A stretch of 64,000 nucleotides of DNA, from the NCBI GenBank assembly GCA_005889405.1, contig VBFY01000056.1, forward strand, positions 46,389-110,388. The letters run 5' to 3'. The translations under genes and the position numbers were made by a program. The notes below the pieces were generated by a model. The model did not search any database, was not told where the DNA came from, and saw only the letters and a list, made by a program, of their open reading frames with translations. How positions within the stretch are numbered: position 1 is the first letter of the stretch; each line of letters opens with the position of its first letter. Below, one piece after another: positions 9,472 through 24,195 of this stretch. This DNA is from Chloroflexota bacterium. GTDB taxonomy: Bacteria > Chloroflexota > Limnocylindria > P2-11E.

Positions 9472-9993
9472 ATGTACCCGCTGATCCGCGTCAACAAGCG
9501 CATTCCCGACGGCTCGATCTGGCAAGCCCGCCGCGGTTATCTCCTCCCGACGATCGAAGGATGGACCCGTGTGTACGGCCCGACAGGAACGCGCTGGTCG
9601 AATCCACTCGCCGGCTGGACCGCGCAACACGACGGCCTGTCGCTGTTCCATCCGGATCGGCCGTACACGATCTCCTGCCATGGTCCGGTCGATCAGAAGC
9701 GCTTCTACGTCGACATCGCGCATCGCGTGCGAGTGGAGCCCGCGCTCCTCGAATTCTTCGATCTCTTCCTCGACGTGATGATCGATCCCTCCGGCGCGGT
9801 GACCGAGAAGGACGAGTATCAACTCGTCTTTCTGCCTGCCGCGCTCCGAGACTTCGTACGCGCATCGCGCGACGAGGTCCGACGCCTCATCGCCGGTCGC
9901 GATCCCCTCTTCGATCAACGGAGCGCGTACTACGGGCTGCCCGCGGACGCCGCCGCGCTGTCGCCCGCGACTGATGACCTCGACCTGCGCTAG
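9472..9993 (+). CDS. DUF402 (FomD/Ntdp-like) domain protein
   Basis: ~173 aa from ATG 9472 (MYPLIRVNKR...) with the pattern ...FYVDIAHRV...LDVMID typical of DUF402. Identification is tentative. Confidence 0.45.
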   Translation: MYPLIRVNKRIPDGSIWQARRGYLLPTIEGWTRVYGPTGTRWSNPLAGWTAQHDGLSLFHPDRPYTISCHGPVDQKRFYVDIAHRVRVEPALLEFFDLFLDVMIDPSGAVTEKDEYQLVFLPAALRDFVRASRDEVRRLIAGRDPLFDQRSAYYGLPADAAALSPATDDLDLR

Positions 9994-11157
9994 CTAGCCG
10001 ATCTGCGGTCCGGGGCGTCGGATCGCGACGGATTGCAAGACTCCAAGCGCGAAACAGATCGAGACGAGCGAGCTGCCTCCGTGCGAGATGAACGGGAGTG
10101 GGATACCGGTGACCGGCATGAGTGAGATGGCCATGCCGACGTTCACGAGGATCTGGAACACGAGCATCGCGGCGATGCCGCCCCCGAGGAGCATGCCGAA
10201 CGGGTCGCGCGCGCGGAAGGCGACGCGCAGCGCGGCCATGAGCAGCAAGATGTAGAGCGCGAAGAGGATCACCGCGCCCATGAACCCGAGATCCTCCGCC
10301 AGTCCGGCGAAGACGAAGTCGGACTCCGCGATCGGGAGATAGCCGAGCGGTGATTGCGTCCCCGCCGTGAGTCCCTTGCCGGTGGGACCGCCGGAGCCCA
10401 CGGCGATGAGCGACTGGATGATGTTCCAGCCGGCACCCTGCGGATCCGCATACGGATCGATGAACGCCGTGAGGCGAGCCTGCTGGTAGGGCTTGAGGAC
10501 ATTCCAGATCACTGGCAACGCGGCGCCCACCATGGCGACGAGGCCGACGAGCTGCCAGAGCCGCGCACCGGCCATGAACGCCATCCCGAAGAAGATCGCG
10601 ACGAACACCAGGCTCGTGCCGAGGTCCGGCTGCCGGTAGACGAGGTACACCGCTGGTCCGAGGAACACCAGGCCGCCAAGGATCGTCAGCGGAGAGCCCA
10701 TCTTGTCGGTCCGGTCCGCGAAGAACTTCGCGAGCACGACGATCATGAGGACCTTCGCGACCTCGCTGAACTGGAACGAGAGACCGCCGAAGTTCACCGA
10801 GCGCTGTGCGCCGAGCGACGACGTGCCGATCACCAGCACGATGGCGAGCAGCCCGAGCATGAACAGATACACGAGCGGAGCGAACGTACCGAGCCAGGCG
10901 TAGTCGAACATCGCGACGATCGCCATGACCGCGACCCCGATGAGGGCCCAGATCGCGCCGCGGATGACGAACTGCATCGGATCGCCGGTGAGGGTCCGCG
11001 ACTCGACGGTCACCGCATAGGTCATGACGAGTCCGTATCCGATGAGCAGCAGCGTCGCGATCAATAGGTAGGGATCGACCTGATCGAGCCGCCGGGCGTG
11101 CGGCCGGTCGTGCAGCGGCGAGGCCGAGCGCCGCATCTCGAGCGCCTTGACGCTCAC
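9994..11157 (-). CDS. rodA: SEDS-family peptidoglycan glycosyltransferase RodA/FtsW
   Basis: ~385 aa, 10-TM SEDS protein (…PDLGTSLVF…, C-terminal ...GIPLPFISHGGSSL). It is directly downstream of PBP2 (GTGA or nearby ATG start). The ORF-track N-terminal 190 aa is the PBP2 frame overlap. Confidence 0.8.
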   Translation of the reverse strand: MSVKALEMRRSASPLHDRPHARRLDQVDPYLLIATLLLIGYGLVMTYAVTVESRTLTGDPMQFVIRGAIWALIGVAVMAIVAMFDYAWLGTFAPLVYLFMLGLLAIVLVIGTSSLGAQRSVNFGGLSFQFSEVAKVLMIVVLAKFFADRTDKMGSPLTILGGLVFLGPAVYLVYRQPDLGTSLVFVAIFFGMAFMAGARLWQLVGLVAMVGAALPVIWNVLKPYQQARLTAFIDPYADPQGAGWNIIQSLIAVGSGGPTGKGLTAGTQSPLGYLPIAESDFVFAGLAEDLGFMGAVILFALYILLLMAALRVAFRARDPFGMLLGGGIAAMLVFQILVNVGMAISLMPVTGIPLPFISHGGSSLVSICFALGVLQSVAIRRPGPQIG

Positions 11158-13028
11158 GGCGTCCCCAGCTTGTAGGCCTCGAGGATCCGCTGCGTCATCC
11201 CGACGGCGGGGTTGAAGCAGTTCTCGCAGAGCGAGCGGCTGGAGTCGAAGGTGAAGATGACCATCGCGATGTCGGCGGTCGGATCCGTGTTGTCCGCCTT
11301 CGGGAGGAACGACACGAACCAGTTGTGGAACCCGAGCTTGTTGCGGCCCGCGCTGTCCTTGCCAGCGGACGATCCGAATTCCGCGGTGCCGGTCTTCCCC
11401 GCGATCGGCAGCTTCGCGTTCGGCATGTAGGCGTGCCCGATCGTGACGACGCGACGCGCTGCCTCGCGCAGCAGCGTCAGGTTCTCCTGCGTGATGCCCA
11501 CCTTCCGCACGACGGTCGGCTGCTGGGTGAAGACGACGTTCCCCTGAGGGCCCACGACCTGCTTCAGCAAGTGCGGCTGGTAGAAGGTGCCGCCGTTCGC
11601 GACGATCGAGTACGCGTTCAGGAGCTGCAGCGGCGTCACGGCGACGAAGCCCTGGCCGATCGACTCGTGATAGGTGTTCCCGATCGTCCACGGCTCGTCG
11701 AAGGTGTTCAGCTTCCACGCCGGGCTCGGCATGATCCCGCTCGCCTCACCGGGCAGATCGATCCCGGTCTTGCTGCCGAAGCCAAGGTCGCTCCCGTACT
11801 TGAAGATGGCGTCGGGCCCGACGCCCGCGCGACCGGTGTTCGGGTTGCCGCCGCCGAGCGTGTAGAAGTAGATGTCGCTCGAGTGCGCGAAGCCGTTGAC
11901 GAAGTCGAGCGTCCCGTGGGCACGCCAGTCGTAGAACTTGTAGCCGTCGACGGTGAGAACGTTCGACGTGACGTTCACGATCGTGTTGCGGTTCGCGATG
12001 CCCTCACTGAGCGCCGAAAGGCCCGTGACCAACTTGAAAGTCGAGCCGGGTGGGTAGATATCACCGATCGCCTTGTTCACCAGCGGATGCCGATCGTCGC
12101 CGTTCAGCTGTGCCATCTGCTGAGGCGTGATGCCGTTGATGAACCAGTTGTTGTCGTAGCCGGGGTTGGAATACATCGCGAGGATCTCCCCGTTCTGCGG
12201 GTTCATCGCGATACCGACAGCCTGAGTGAAGAGGTCCTGGTCGACACCTTTCTTCAGCTCCGACTCGATCAGCTTCTGGAGGCGGTCATCGATCGTGAGC
12301 ACCACGCTGTTGCCGGTCGACGGCGGCGAGTACGCGAGCTGTTTGATCTCCCGCTGCGCCGCATCGCGCTCGATCTCGCGCCAGCCGTATTGCCCGCGAA
12401 GGTATTGCTCGTACTGGTACTCGAGACCCGTGCGGCCGGTGAGGTCCGTCTGCAGATAGCCCTGGTCTCGCAGCGCCGCGTATTCGTCTTCGGTCACCGG
12501 ACCGACATAGCCGAGCAGTGGCGAATAGAGCACGGCATCGGAGTACGAGCGGATCGACTCGGCCTCGACGCGCACGCCCGGGAACAGCTCCGCGCGCTCC
12601 GAGAGCAAGAGCGCGATGTCGCGAGCGACCGGCCGGAGCGAGACCTTGACCGGCTCGTACGGGTTGCGCGCCCGCTGCACGTCGATCGCGCTCGCGACGT
12701 CCTTCGGGTCGCGCGCAACGAGCGGTGCGAGGCGCTCGGCGAGATCCGCCTGCTCGGCGCGCGGAACGTCGAACGGAATGACGGTGACGGCGAAGCCGGG
12801 CAGGTTGCGCGCGAGCACCTTGCCATTGCGGTCGACGATCGTTCCACGCTCCGCTTCGACCGGTAGGCGCAGCACGCGGTTCTGTTCCGCGAGATCGCGG
12901 TAATGCCCACCGCTGACGACTTGCAGATCCCACAGACGCACCGTGAGTCCGGTGAAGACCAGCACGATCGCGATCGCCATCGCGATGAAGCGGTTCGGTC
13001 GAACGAAATCCCGCGACGCGCTTCTCAT
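11154..13028 (-). CDS. mrdA: penicillin-binding protein 2 (class B transpeptidase)
   Basis: 624 aa with an N-terminal TM anchor, a PBP dimerisation domain and a transpeptidase domain with STFK (…GSTFKL…), SSD and KTGT (IAGKTGTAEF) motifs. Confidence 0.85.
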   Translation of the reverse strand: MRSASRDFVRPNRFIAMAIAIVLVFTGLTVRLWDLQVVSGGHYRDLAEQNRVLRLPVEAERGTIVDRNGKVLARNLPGFAVTVIPFDVPRAEQADLAERLAPLVARDPKDVASAIDVQRARNPYEPVKVSLRPVARDIALLLSERAELFPGVRVEAESIRSYSDAVLYSPLLGYVGPVTEDEYAALRDQGYLQTDLTGRTGLEYQYEQYLRGQYGWREIERDAAQREIKQLAYSPPSTGNSVVLTIDDRLQKLIESELKKGVDQDLFTQAVGIAMNPQNGEILAMYSNPGYDNNWFINGITPQQMAQLNGDDRHPLVNKAIGDIYPPGSTFKLVTGLSALSEGIANRNTIVNVTSNVLTVDGYKFYDWRAHGTLDFVNGFAHSSDIYFYTLGGGNPNTGRAGVGPDAIFKYGSDLGFGSKTGIDLPGEASGIMPSPAWKLNTFDEPWTIGNTYHESIGQGFVAVTPLQLLNAYSIVANGGTFYQPHLLKQVVGPQGNVVFTQQPTVVRKVGITQENLTLLREAARRVVTIGHAYMPNAKLPIAGKTGTAEFGSSAGKDSAGRNKLGFHNWFVSFLPKADNTDPTADIAMVIFTFDSSRSLCENCFNPAVGMTQRILEAYKLGTP

Positions 13029-13528
13029 AGTCCGAAGGATGCCTGCTTCGCGGTCACATGGCGCATCGATCTGGCGATCGGATAGGTAGCGATCGCGAGG
13101 ACCCCGTTGTAGATCGCTCCGGCGGCGGCGCCACCGGCGAGAAGCACCGGGTCATCCAGCGGCTGTCCGACGACGATGAGGATCAGGAGGTACAGGAGCC
13201 CCGCAGCGAGCGTGGCGATGCCGACGAGCACGGCGCCGCCGAGCACCGACCGGGGGCGGACGCCACTCTCCCCGAGCCCTACAGCGGCGACAGGCACTAG
13301 CGACGCCAGGGCAAGGGCGCCGAGTGGACCACCGGAGAGGAGGTCGGCGGCGAGTCCGCCCACAAAAGCCCACCAAACAGCCTCCCGCGCTCCCGCGGCA
13401 ACGGACCAGGAAGCCGCCACGAGCACCGGCAGATTGGGACGCGCTCCGCCGACCGACACGAATGGCACCACCGCACCTTGGAGGAGCGCCGCGGCGAGCG
13501 GGATGGCGATAGCGAGCGCGAAGCGCAC
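13025..13528 (-). CDS. mreD: rod shape-determining protein MreD
   Basis: 167 aa with 5 TM helices in a MreD-like pattern. The stop overlaps the mrdA start. No mreB or mreC is adjacent. Confidence 0.6.
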   Translation of the reverse strand: MRFALAIAIPLAAALLQGAVVPFVSVGGARPNLPVLVAASWSVAAGAREAVWWAFVGGLAADLLSGGPLGALALASLVPVAAVGLGESGVRPRSVLGGAVLVGIATLAAGLLYLLILIVVGQPLDDPVLLAGGAAAGAIYNGVLAIATYPIARSMRHVTAKQASFGL

Positions 13529-13586
13529 GGAGCCCCTCCTCTGGTTGCGGAACGCGGCCGCCGTCAGGACGCTACGCGAAGCCGTT

Positions 13587-14735
13587 CTAGGGGCGAGCCC
13601 GTCCTGGTGCGCGCGTCGTCTCGATCGCCTCGCCTGGAGTCTCGGTCGCTTCGGCGAGCTCCACCTCGAGCTGCGGGAACGGATCCTCGTCGCGGAGCTT
13701 CGCCCCCACGTAGATGAGGACCAGGCGCAGCGTCGCGGCGAAAGGCACCGCCAGGACGATACCGATCAGACCGAACACCGCCCCGCCGGTGAGGAGCGAG
13801 AAGATCACGATCGCAGGGTGTAGCCGGACGGCCCGCCCGATGACGGTCGGGATGACGAGGTAGTCCTCGGCGTGCCGCAGGATCGTGTACATGGTCGCGA
13901 CGACGCCGACGTAGATCAGCTGTGACCACCCGAACGGATTCGGGTGGCCGAGCGCGACCAGGCACGCGAGCGCACCCGCCGTGATCGGCCCGACGAATGG
14001 GATCGTCTCGAGCAGGCCGGTGAGCACTCCGAGCAGCACGCTGTACGGAACACCGAGGAGCGTCAGGGCGATGGTCGTGACCGTCGACATCAGCACTACC
14101 AGAAGGAACTGACCGCGGATGTAGCGCCCCAGCATGACGTTCGTCTCACCGAGCACCTGCACGATCTCCCGCCTCTGTCTGCTCGGAAGGTTCCGCCGCA
14201 CGAACTCGTAGAGGCGAGGCGCGTCTCGCAGCAACAGGAAAGTGGCGATGAGGAACACGAGGAACTCGAGCAGGAAGTGACCGAGACCCACGACGAACGG
14301 AAGGGCGGTGCGCTGCGCCATTGCCGCGAGCTGCCTCTCGATGTCGTCCACATTCGGTCCGATAAGGACGTCGTCCACATCGCTCAATCCGAGCTGGTCG
14401 AACGTGTTCGAGATCGTCTGCTGGACGTTCGCGAGCAGGACCGGCCAGTTCTTTTGCAGGTCGCCGGCGTTCTCGGCAACGCGCGGGATGATGAGTCGGC
14501 TGCCACCGAAAATGATCGCGACCATAGCGACGAAGACGACAAGCGCCGCCAGTGTCCGGGGCACGGCAAATCGACGTTCCAGCGCACCCACAACAGGTAG
14601 CAGGATGTAGGCGACGATGAGGCCCCAGATGAACGGCTGGACGATGTCCCCCGCGCGCCAGAGAAGGACGATCGCGAGCACGACAAACCCGGCCACCACG
14701 CCACGCTTTGTCGTAATGCTCCAGCGAGCTCCCAT
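13587..14735 (-). CDS. AI-2E family transporter (UPF0118/PerM)
   Basis: ~382 aa polytopic membrane protein with an AI-2E family signature. The start is placed at MGARWSITTK. Confidence 0.75.
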   Translation of the reverse strand: MGARWSITTKRGVVAGFVVLAIVLLWRAGDIVQPFIWGLIVAYILLPVVGALERRFAVPRTLAALVVFVAMVAIIFGGSRLIIPRVAENAGDLQKNWPVLLANVQQTISNTFDQLGLSDVDDVLIGPNVDDIERQLAAMAQRTALPFVVGLGHFLLEFLVFLIATFLLLRDAPRLYEFVRRNLPSRQRREIVQVLGETNVMLGRYIRGQFLLVVLMSTVTTIALTLLGVPYSVLLGVLTGLLETIPFVGPITAGALACLVALGHPNPFGWSQLIYVGVVATMYTILRHAEDYLVIPTVIGRAVRLHPAIVIFSLLTGGAVFGLIGIVLAVPFAATLRLVLIYVGAKLRDEDPFPQLEVELAEATETPGEAIETTRAPGRARP

Positions 14736-14975
14736 CCCGCAGCGAATTATCAGGCAGCCCTTGCGATCGCTGCGGCCGTTCGAACACATGCGACGTAGTT
14801 GCCGACAACCAGGCGCCCGTAGAGCGCGGAAAGTGATCTCGCGCAGCATGCGCAGGAACTAACATCGGGCGCCGGAAAGGCGTTTCGGATAGAATGAGAG
14901 GCACGAACAGCCTCTGTTTCGTTCCCAGTTTTTCCTAGGTTCTGCGCCGATGTTTCACGTGTGTCAGGGGGCGAA

Positions 14976-15767
14976 ATGACGGTCCTCGTGGTGAGCAATC
15001 AGAAGGGCGGAGTAGGGAAAACGACCACTGCGATCAGCCTCGGCGCGGCCATGGTCGAGCACGGCCAGAACGTGCTGATCATCGATCTTGATCCGCAGGC
15101 GAACGCGACGAGCGGGCTGGGAATCAGCAAGGAGCGGGCGAATGGCATCTATGGCGTGTTGCTCCGAGAGCGTCCTATTTCCGAGGCAATCGTGCCATCG
15201 GCCCTCGCGGGTCTTGACCTGGTCCCCTCCGGTCCGGAGATGGCCGGCGCCGAGGTCGAACTTGTGCCGGTGATGGCGCGCGAATATCGCCTTCGTCAGG
15301 CGCTCCGCAATGCGGCCGGGTATGACACGGTGATCGTCGATTGCCCGCCTTCATTGGGCCTCCTGACCGTGAATGCCTTGGCCGCTGGCGACGCGGTGGT
15401 CGTGCCGGTCCAGTGCGAGTACTACGCGCTCGAAGGGCTGGCACAGCTACTGGATACGATCGAAGCGGTCCGCGAGCGGCTCAACGAGAAGCTCGAGGTT
15501 CTCGCGATCGTCCTCACCATGGAGGACCGGCGCAACCGGCTTTCGATGGAGGTGATCGACGAGGTCCGTAAGCACTTTCCCAAGCTCGTCGCGCGGGCTC
15601 GAATTCCCCGCACCGTGCGGCTCGCCGAGGCGCCAAGCCACGGCAAGCCCATCAGCGTCTACGACCCGCACTCCCGTGCGGCCAAGGCGTACGCGGAGCT
15701 GGCCCGCGAGCTCATGAGCCGACTCAAGGCGCGCGAGCCGATCGCGCTCTCCGGAGCGATCGCCTGA
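14976..15767 (+). CDS. parA: chromosome partitioning ATPase ParA/Soj
   Basis: Deviant Walker A KGGVGKTT; full-length ParA. Confidence 0.9.
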   Translation: MTVLVVSNQKGGVGKTTTAISLGAAMVEHGQNVLIIDLDPQANATSGLGISKERANGIYGVLLRERPISEAIVPSALAGLDLVPSGPEMAGAEVELVPVMAREYRLRQALRNAAGYDTVIVDCPPSLGLLTVNALAAGDAVVVPVQCEYYALEGLAQLLDTIEAVRERLNEKLEVLAIVLTMEDRRNRLSMEVIDEVRKHFPKLVARARIPRTVRLAEAPSHGKPISVYDPHSRAAKAYAELARELMSRLKAREPIALSGAIA

Positions 15768-16636
15768 TGGCACGGACGGGACTGGGGCGCGGCCTCGACG
15801 TCCTCCTCGGCCAGGCTCCCGGTGTGTCGTCGCCGGCGCTGCCGTCGCCCGCCACGAGCGAGATCCCGCTCGAGCGGATCCGGCCGAACCCGCAGCAGCC
15901 ACGCTCCAGCTTCGACGCCGACAGCATCGCCGAGCTCGCAGCCTCGATCACGCGGCACGGCGTTCTGCAACCAATAGTGGTATCTCGAGAGGGCGATGGC
16001 TACGAGCTCGTCGCCGGCCACCGACGCGTGCTGGCGGCGCGTGTCGCTGGCAAGACAACGATCCCGGCCGTCGTGCGCGACGACGTGCGCGACCGTCTCG
16101 AGCTCGCACTGGTGGAGAACCTTCAGCGCGCGGACCTCAATGCGATCGAGACCGCGCGTGCCTACAAGCTCCTCATGGAGACATATGACCTCACACAGGA
16201 ACAGGTCGCCGAACGGGTGGGGAAGTCGCGCTCGCAGGTCGCGAACATGCTCCGCACCCTCACCGCCCCGCAGGCGCTTCAAGACGCGGTGATGGAAGGC
16301 AAGATCAGCGAGGGGCACCTGCGCGCGTTACTGTCGCTACCTCTTTCGGATGCGCTCACTGCCCTAGCGACGGTCATCGCGCGCCAGCTGTCCGTGCGCG
16401 ATGCGGAAGCGCTCGCGCGGAAGATGGTGCATCCGCCGCGGCGCGGCCGATCGCGCCCGCGCTTGCGCGGCGGCGATCCCGATCTGGCGCAAGTGACAGG
16501 CGAGCTGCGTGCGGCGTTGGGCACCAAAGTGGAGGTCCTGCGCGGCCGCAAGGGCGGGCGCATCGCCATCGACTACTACTCCGACGAGGACTTCGAGCGT
16601 CTGTATGAGCTCCTGGTCCGCGCCGGCCGGGCATAG
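15767..16636 (+). CDS. parB: chromosome partitioning protein ParB/Spo0J
   Basis: ParB N-terminal box (GERR-like region VSREGDGYELVAGHRR), an HTH and a C-terminal dimerisation domain. The start overlaps the parA stop. Confidence 0.9.
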   Translation: MARTGLGRGLDVLLGQAPGVSSPALPSPATSEIPLERIRPNPQQPRSSFDADSIAELAASITRHGVLQPIVVSREGDGYELVAGHRRVLAARVAGKTTIPAVVRDDVRDRLELALVENLQRADLNAIETARAYKLLMETYDLTQEQVAERVGKSRSQVANMLRTLTAPQALQDAVMEGKISEGHLRALLSLPLSDALTALATVIARQLSVRDAEALARKMVHPPRRGRSRPRLRGGDPDLAQVTGELRAALGTKVEVLRGRKGGRIAIDYYSDEDFERLYELLVRAGRA

Positions 16637-18816
<2,180 letters not shown>

Positions 18817-18817
<1 letters not shown>

Positions 18818-19349
18818 TGGCGCGTCTGTCGGATCTCGGTGTCGATTTCCAGCACTGGTGCTTCGCGTGCGGGCGGCTCAACGACGCCGGGTTGCATCTC
18901 GACTTCGACGTCTCGCGCGACCGTGCGGAAACGCGCTTCACGCCGCAGCGCGGGCATGAGGGCTACGACGGCACGGTCCACGGCGGCATCCTCACGGCGC
19001 TCCTTGACGAGACGATGGGGTGGGCGATCTTCCATCAGGGCATCTGGGGCGTGACCGCGCGTATCGCCGTGACGTTCCGCCAGCCGGTGAAGGTCGGCGA
19101 AGAGCTGCGCGTCGTGGGCGAGGTGGCGCGCATGCGGAGTCGCGCGATCGAGACGCGCGGGACGGTGTCGCGAACGAGCGACGGTGTCGTGCTCGCCGAG
19201 GCGGACGCAACGTTCCTCGTCATGCCGGAGCAACGGCGGCGCGAGCTCGAGCAGCGCTATTCCGGCACGGATGAGGCCTTCGCGCGCGTGCGTGAGGCGG
19301 TCGAGCGGGAGCACGCCGATCGTGGTGGCGGACGGGAGCACCTGCGGAC

Positions 19350-19353
<4 letters not shown>
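18817..19353 (+). CDS. PaaI/4HBT-family hotdog thioesterase with an N-terminal CxxC motif
   Basis: [14 protein letters not shown] hotdog signature. N-terminal [15 protein letters not shown]. The GTG start overlaps the gyrB stop and the stop overlaps the gyrA start. Confidence 0.7.
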
Positions 19354-22331
<2,978 letters not shown>

Positions 22332-22577
22332 TCGCGTAGCCCTGCCGCCCTCATCCCCTTCGCGTGTGCGCTTCGCGCACGCCGCAGCAGCCGGGCGCCG
22401 CCTTCAACCTGTCAATCGCGCGTACGAATTCGGTCGCAGCAGTACCAACTGCGGCCGTTTGGGCGTTGTTTCGACGCATGCGGGCCGATATGGTCTCCCC
22501 GACAGTCGCGGACCTGGGTCGGCGCATCGAGCAGGCAGGCGTTCCGGGACCAACGCTTTGAGAGGGAAGGCAACGGG

Positions 22578-23258
22578 TTGATCGCGCTCGACGACGTGAG
22601 CAAGCGCTACCCCAATGGCACCTTCGCGCTGCGCGACGTCGACCTCCGGATCGACTCCGGTGACTTCATCTTCCTCGTCGGCGCATCCGGCGCCGGCAAG
22701 TCCACGCTCATCCGGCTCCTCATCCGCGAAGAGCTCGCGACGACCGGACGCGTGGTCGTGGACGGGGAGGACGTCGGACGGATGCCGCGGTCGCGCGTGC
22801 ACCGGCTGCGCCGGAAGGTCGGAGTCGTGTTCCAGGACTTCAAGCTGTTGCCGCGCAAGACCGTCGCTGAGAACGTCGCCTTCGCGCTCATCGTCACCGG
22901 CCACGAGGGGCGCCTCGTCCGCGAGGAGACGGAGCGCGCCCTCTCGCTCGTCGGCCTCACCGCACGGCGTGACCATTTCCCGAGCCAGCTCTCCGGTGGT
23001 GAGCAGCAGCGCACCGCGCTCGCGCGCGCGCTCGTCAACCGGCCGCGCATCCTCATCGCCGATGAGCCGACCGGCAACCTCGACCCCGTGACGAGCTGGG
23101 AGATCATCAAGCTGCTCACGCGGGTCAACGACCTCGGTACGACGCTGGTGATGGCGACGCACAACGCAGAGATCGTGAATGCCCTTCGGCGGCGCGTGGT
23201 CCACCTCGATCACGGCATGGTCGTGCGCGACGAGCGCGAAGGCCTGTACGCGGCATGA
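22578..23258 (+). CDS. ftsE: cell division ATP-binding protein FtsE
   Basis: ABC ATPase with Walker A GASGAGKST, signature LSGGEQQR and Walker B ILIADEPTGNLD. Confidence 0.9.
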   Translation: MIALDDVSKRYPNGTFALRDVDLRIDSGDFIFLVGASGAGKSTLIRLLIREELATTGRVVVDGEDVGRMPRSRVHRLRRKVGVVFQDFKLLPRKTVAENVAFALIVTGHEGRLVREETERALSLVGLTARRDHFPSQLSGGEQQRTALARALVNRPRILIADEPTGNLDPVTSWEIIKLLTRVNDLGTTLVMATHNAEIVNALRRRVVHLDHGMVVRDEREGLYAA

Positions 23259-24145
23259 GGCGCGTCGGCTACGTCCTGAGCGCGGCGGGCCAGGGCTTCT
23301 GGCGCAATCCGGTCATGAGCCTGGCGTCGACCTTCACCGTGACACTGATGCTGCTGTTGTTCGCGTTCTTCCTCACGACCGATCGCGGCCTGCAGGCGGC
23401 CGTGGGCGTGCTCGAATCGAAGGTCGAGATCGCCCTGTTCATCGACGACAACGCCAAGGTCTCGGAGGTCCTCGCGCTCAAGGCGCGGATCGAAGCCGAC
23501 CCGGCGGTGTCGCGCGTCGATTACGTCACCAAGGACCAAGCGCTCAAACGGCTGCAGGACATCGCCGACCGGCGGAAGGACTTCGTCCTCGCGAACATCG
23601 ACGGAAATCCGCTGCCCGCCTCGCTCGAGGTCAAGCTGTCGGACGCGCGCCAGGCGAAGCGGTTCGGCGACGAGCTGCGGGCGGAGATCGGCGGCGGCGT
23701 CATCGCCGACGTCATCGACAATCCGCAGGTCGTCGACCAGCTGCTCACGATCACGCGAGTGCTGTCGGTCGGCGGCCTTGCGATCCTCGCGATGATGCTG
23801 TTCGTAGCGCTGTTCGTGATCGTGAACACGATCCGCATCGCGGTGCACGCGCGTCGCGACGAGATCGAGATCATGCAGCTCGTCGGCGCGTCCGACGCCT
23901 TCGTGCGCTGGCCATTCATCCTCGAGGGGATGCTCGTCGGGACGCTGGGTGCGGTCGTGGCGCTGTCGATCGTGTTCGCCGCGGCGGGCCCGGTCACCGG
24001 CGCGATGCTGGATTTCCTGGTCACGCTGCCGATCTCGCTCGGCCCCGAATTCGCGTTCCAGCTCGCGGCGAGCGTGCTGGGCGTCGCGCTGCTCGTTGGC
24101 GCCGGAGGGGCGACGCTGTCCGTGCGTGCCCACCTCGCGAAGTGA
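23255..24145 (+). CDS. ftsX: cell division permease FtsX
   Basis: 296 aa with 4 TM helices, an extracellular loop domain and typical FtsX C-terminal helices. The start overlaps the ftsE stop. Confidence 0.9.
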   Translation: MRRVGYVLSAAGQGFWRNPVMSLASTFTVTLMLLLFAFFLTTDRGLQAAVGVLESKVEIALFIDDNAKVSEVLALKARIEADPAVSRVDYVTKDQALKRLQDIADRRKDFVLANIDGNPLPASLEVKLSDARQAKRFGDELRAEIGGGVIADVIDNPQVVDQLLTITRVLSVGGLAILAMMLFVALFVIVNTIRIAVHARRDEIEIMQLVGASDAFVRWPFILEGMLVGTLGAVVALSIVFAAAGPVTGAMLDFLVTLPISLGPEFAFQLAASVLGVALLVGAGGATLSVRAHLAK

Positions 24146-24195
24146 CACGCCGCCGTATCTTGACCGGCAGCCAGCCCGGATGGGACCATGCGCGC

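Noticed and set aside
14950-14965. parS-like sequence tgtttcacgtgtgtca upstream of parA
   Set aside because: Only the left half matches the parS consensus TGTTTCACGTGAAACA. Not treated as a feature, but kept as a weak note in the findings.
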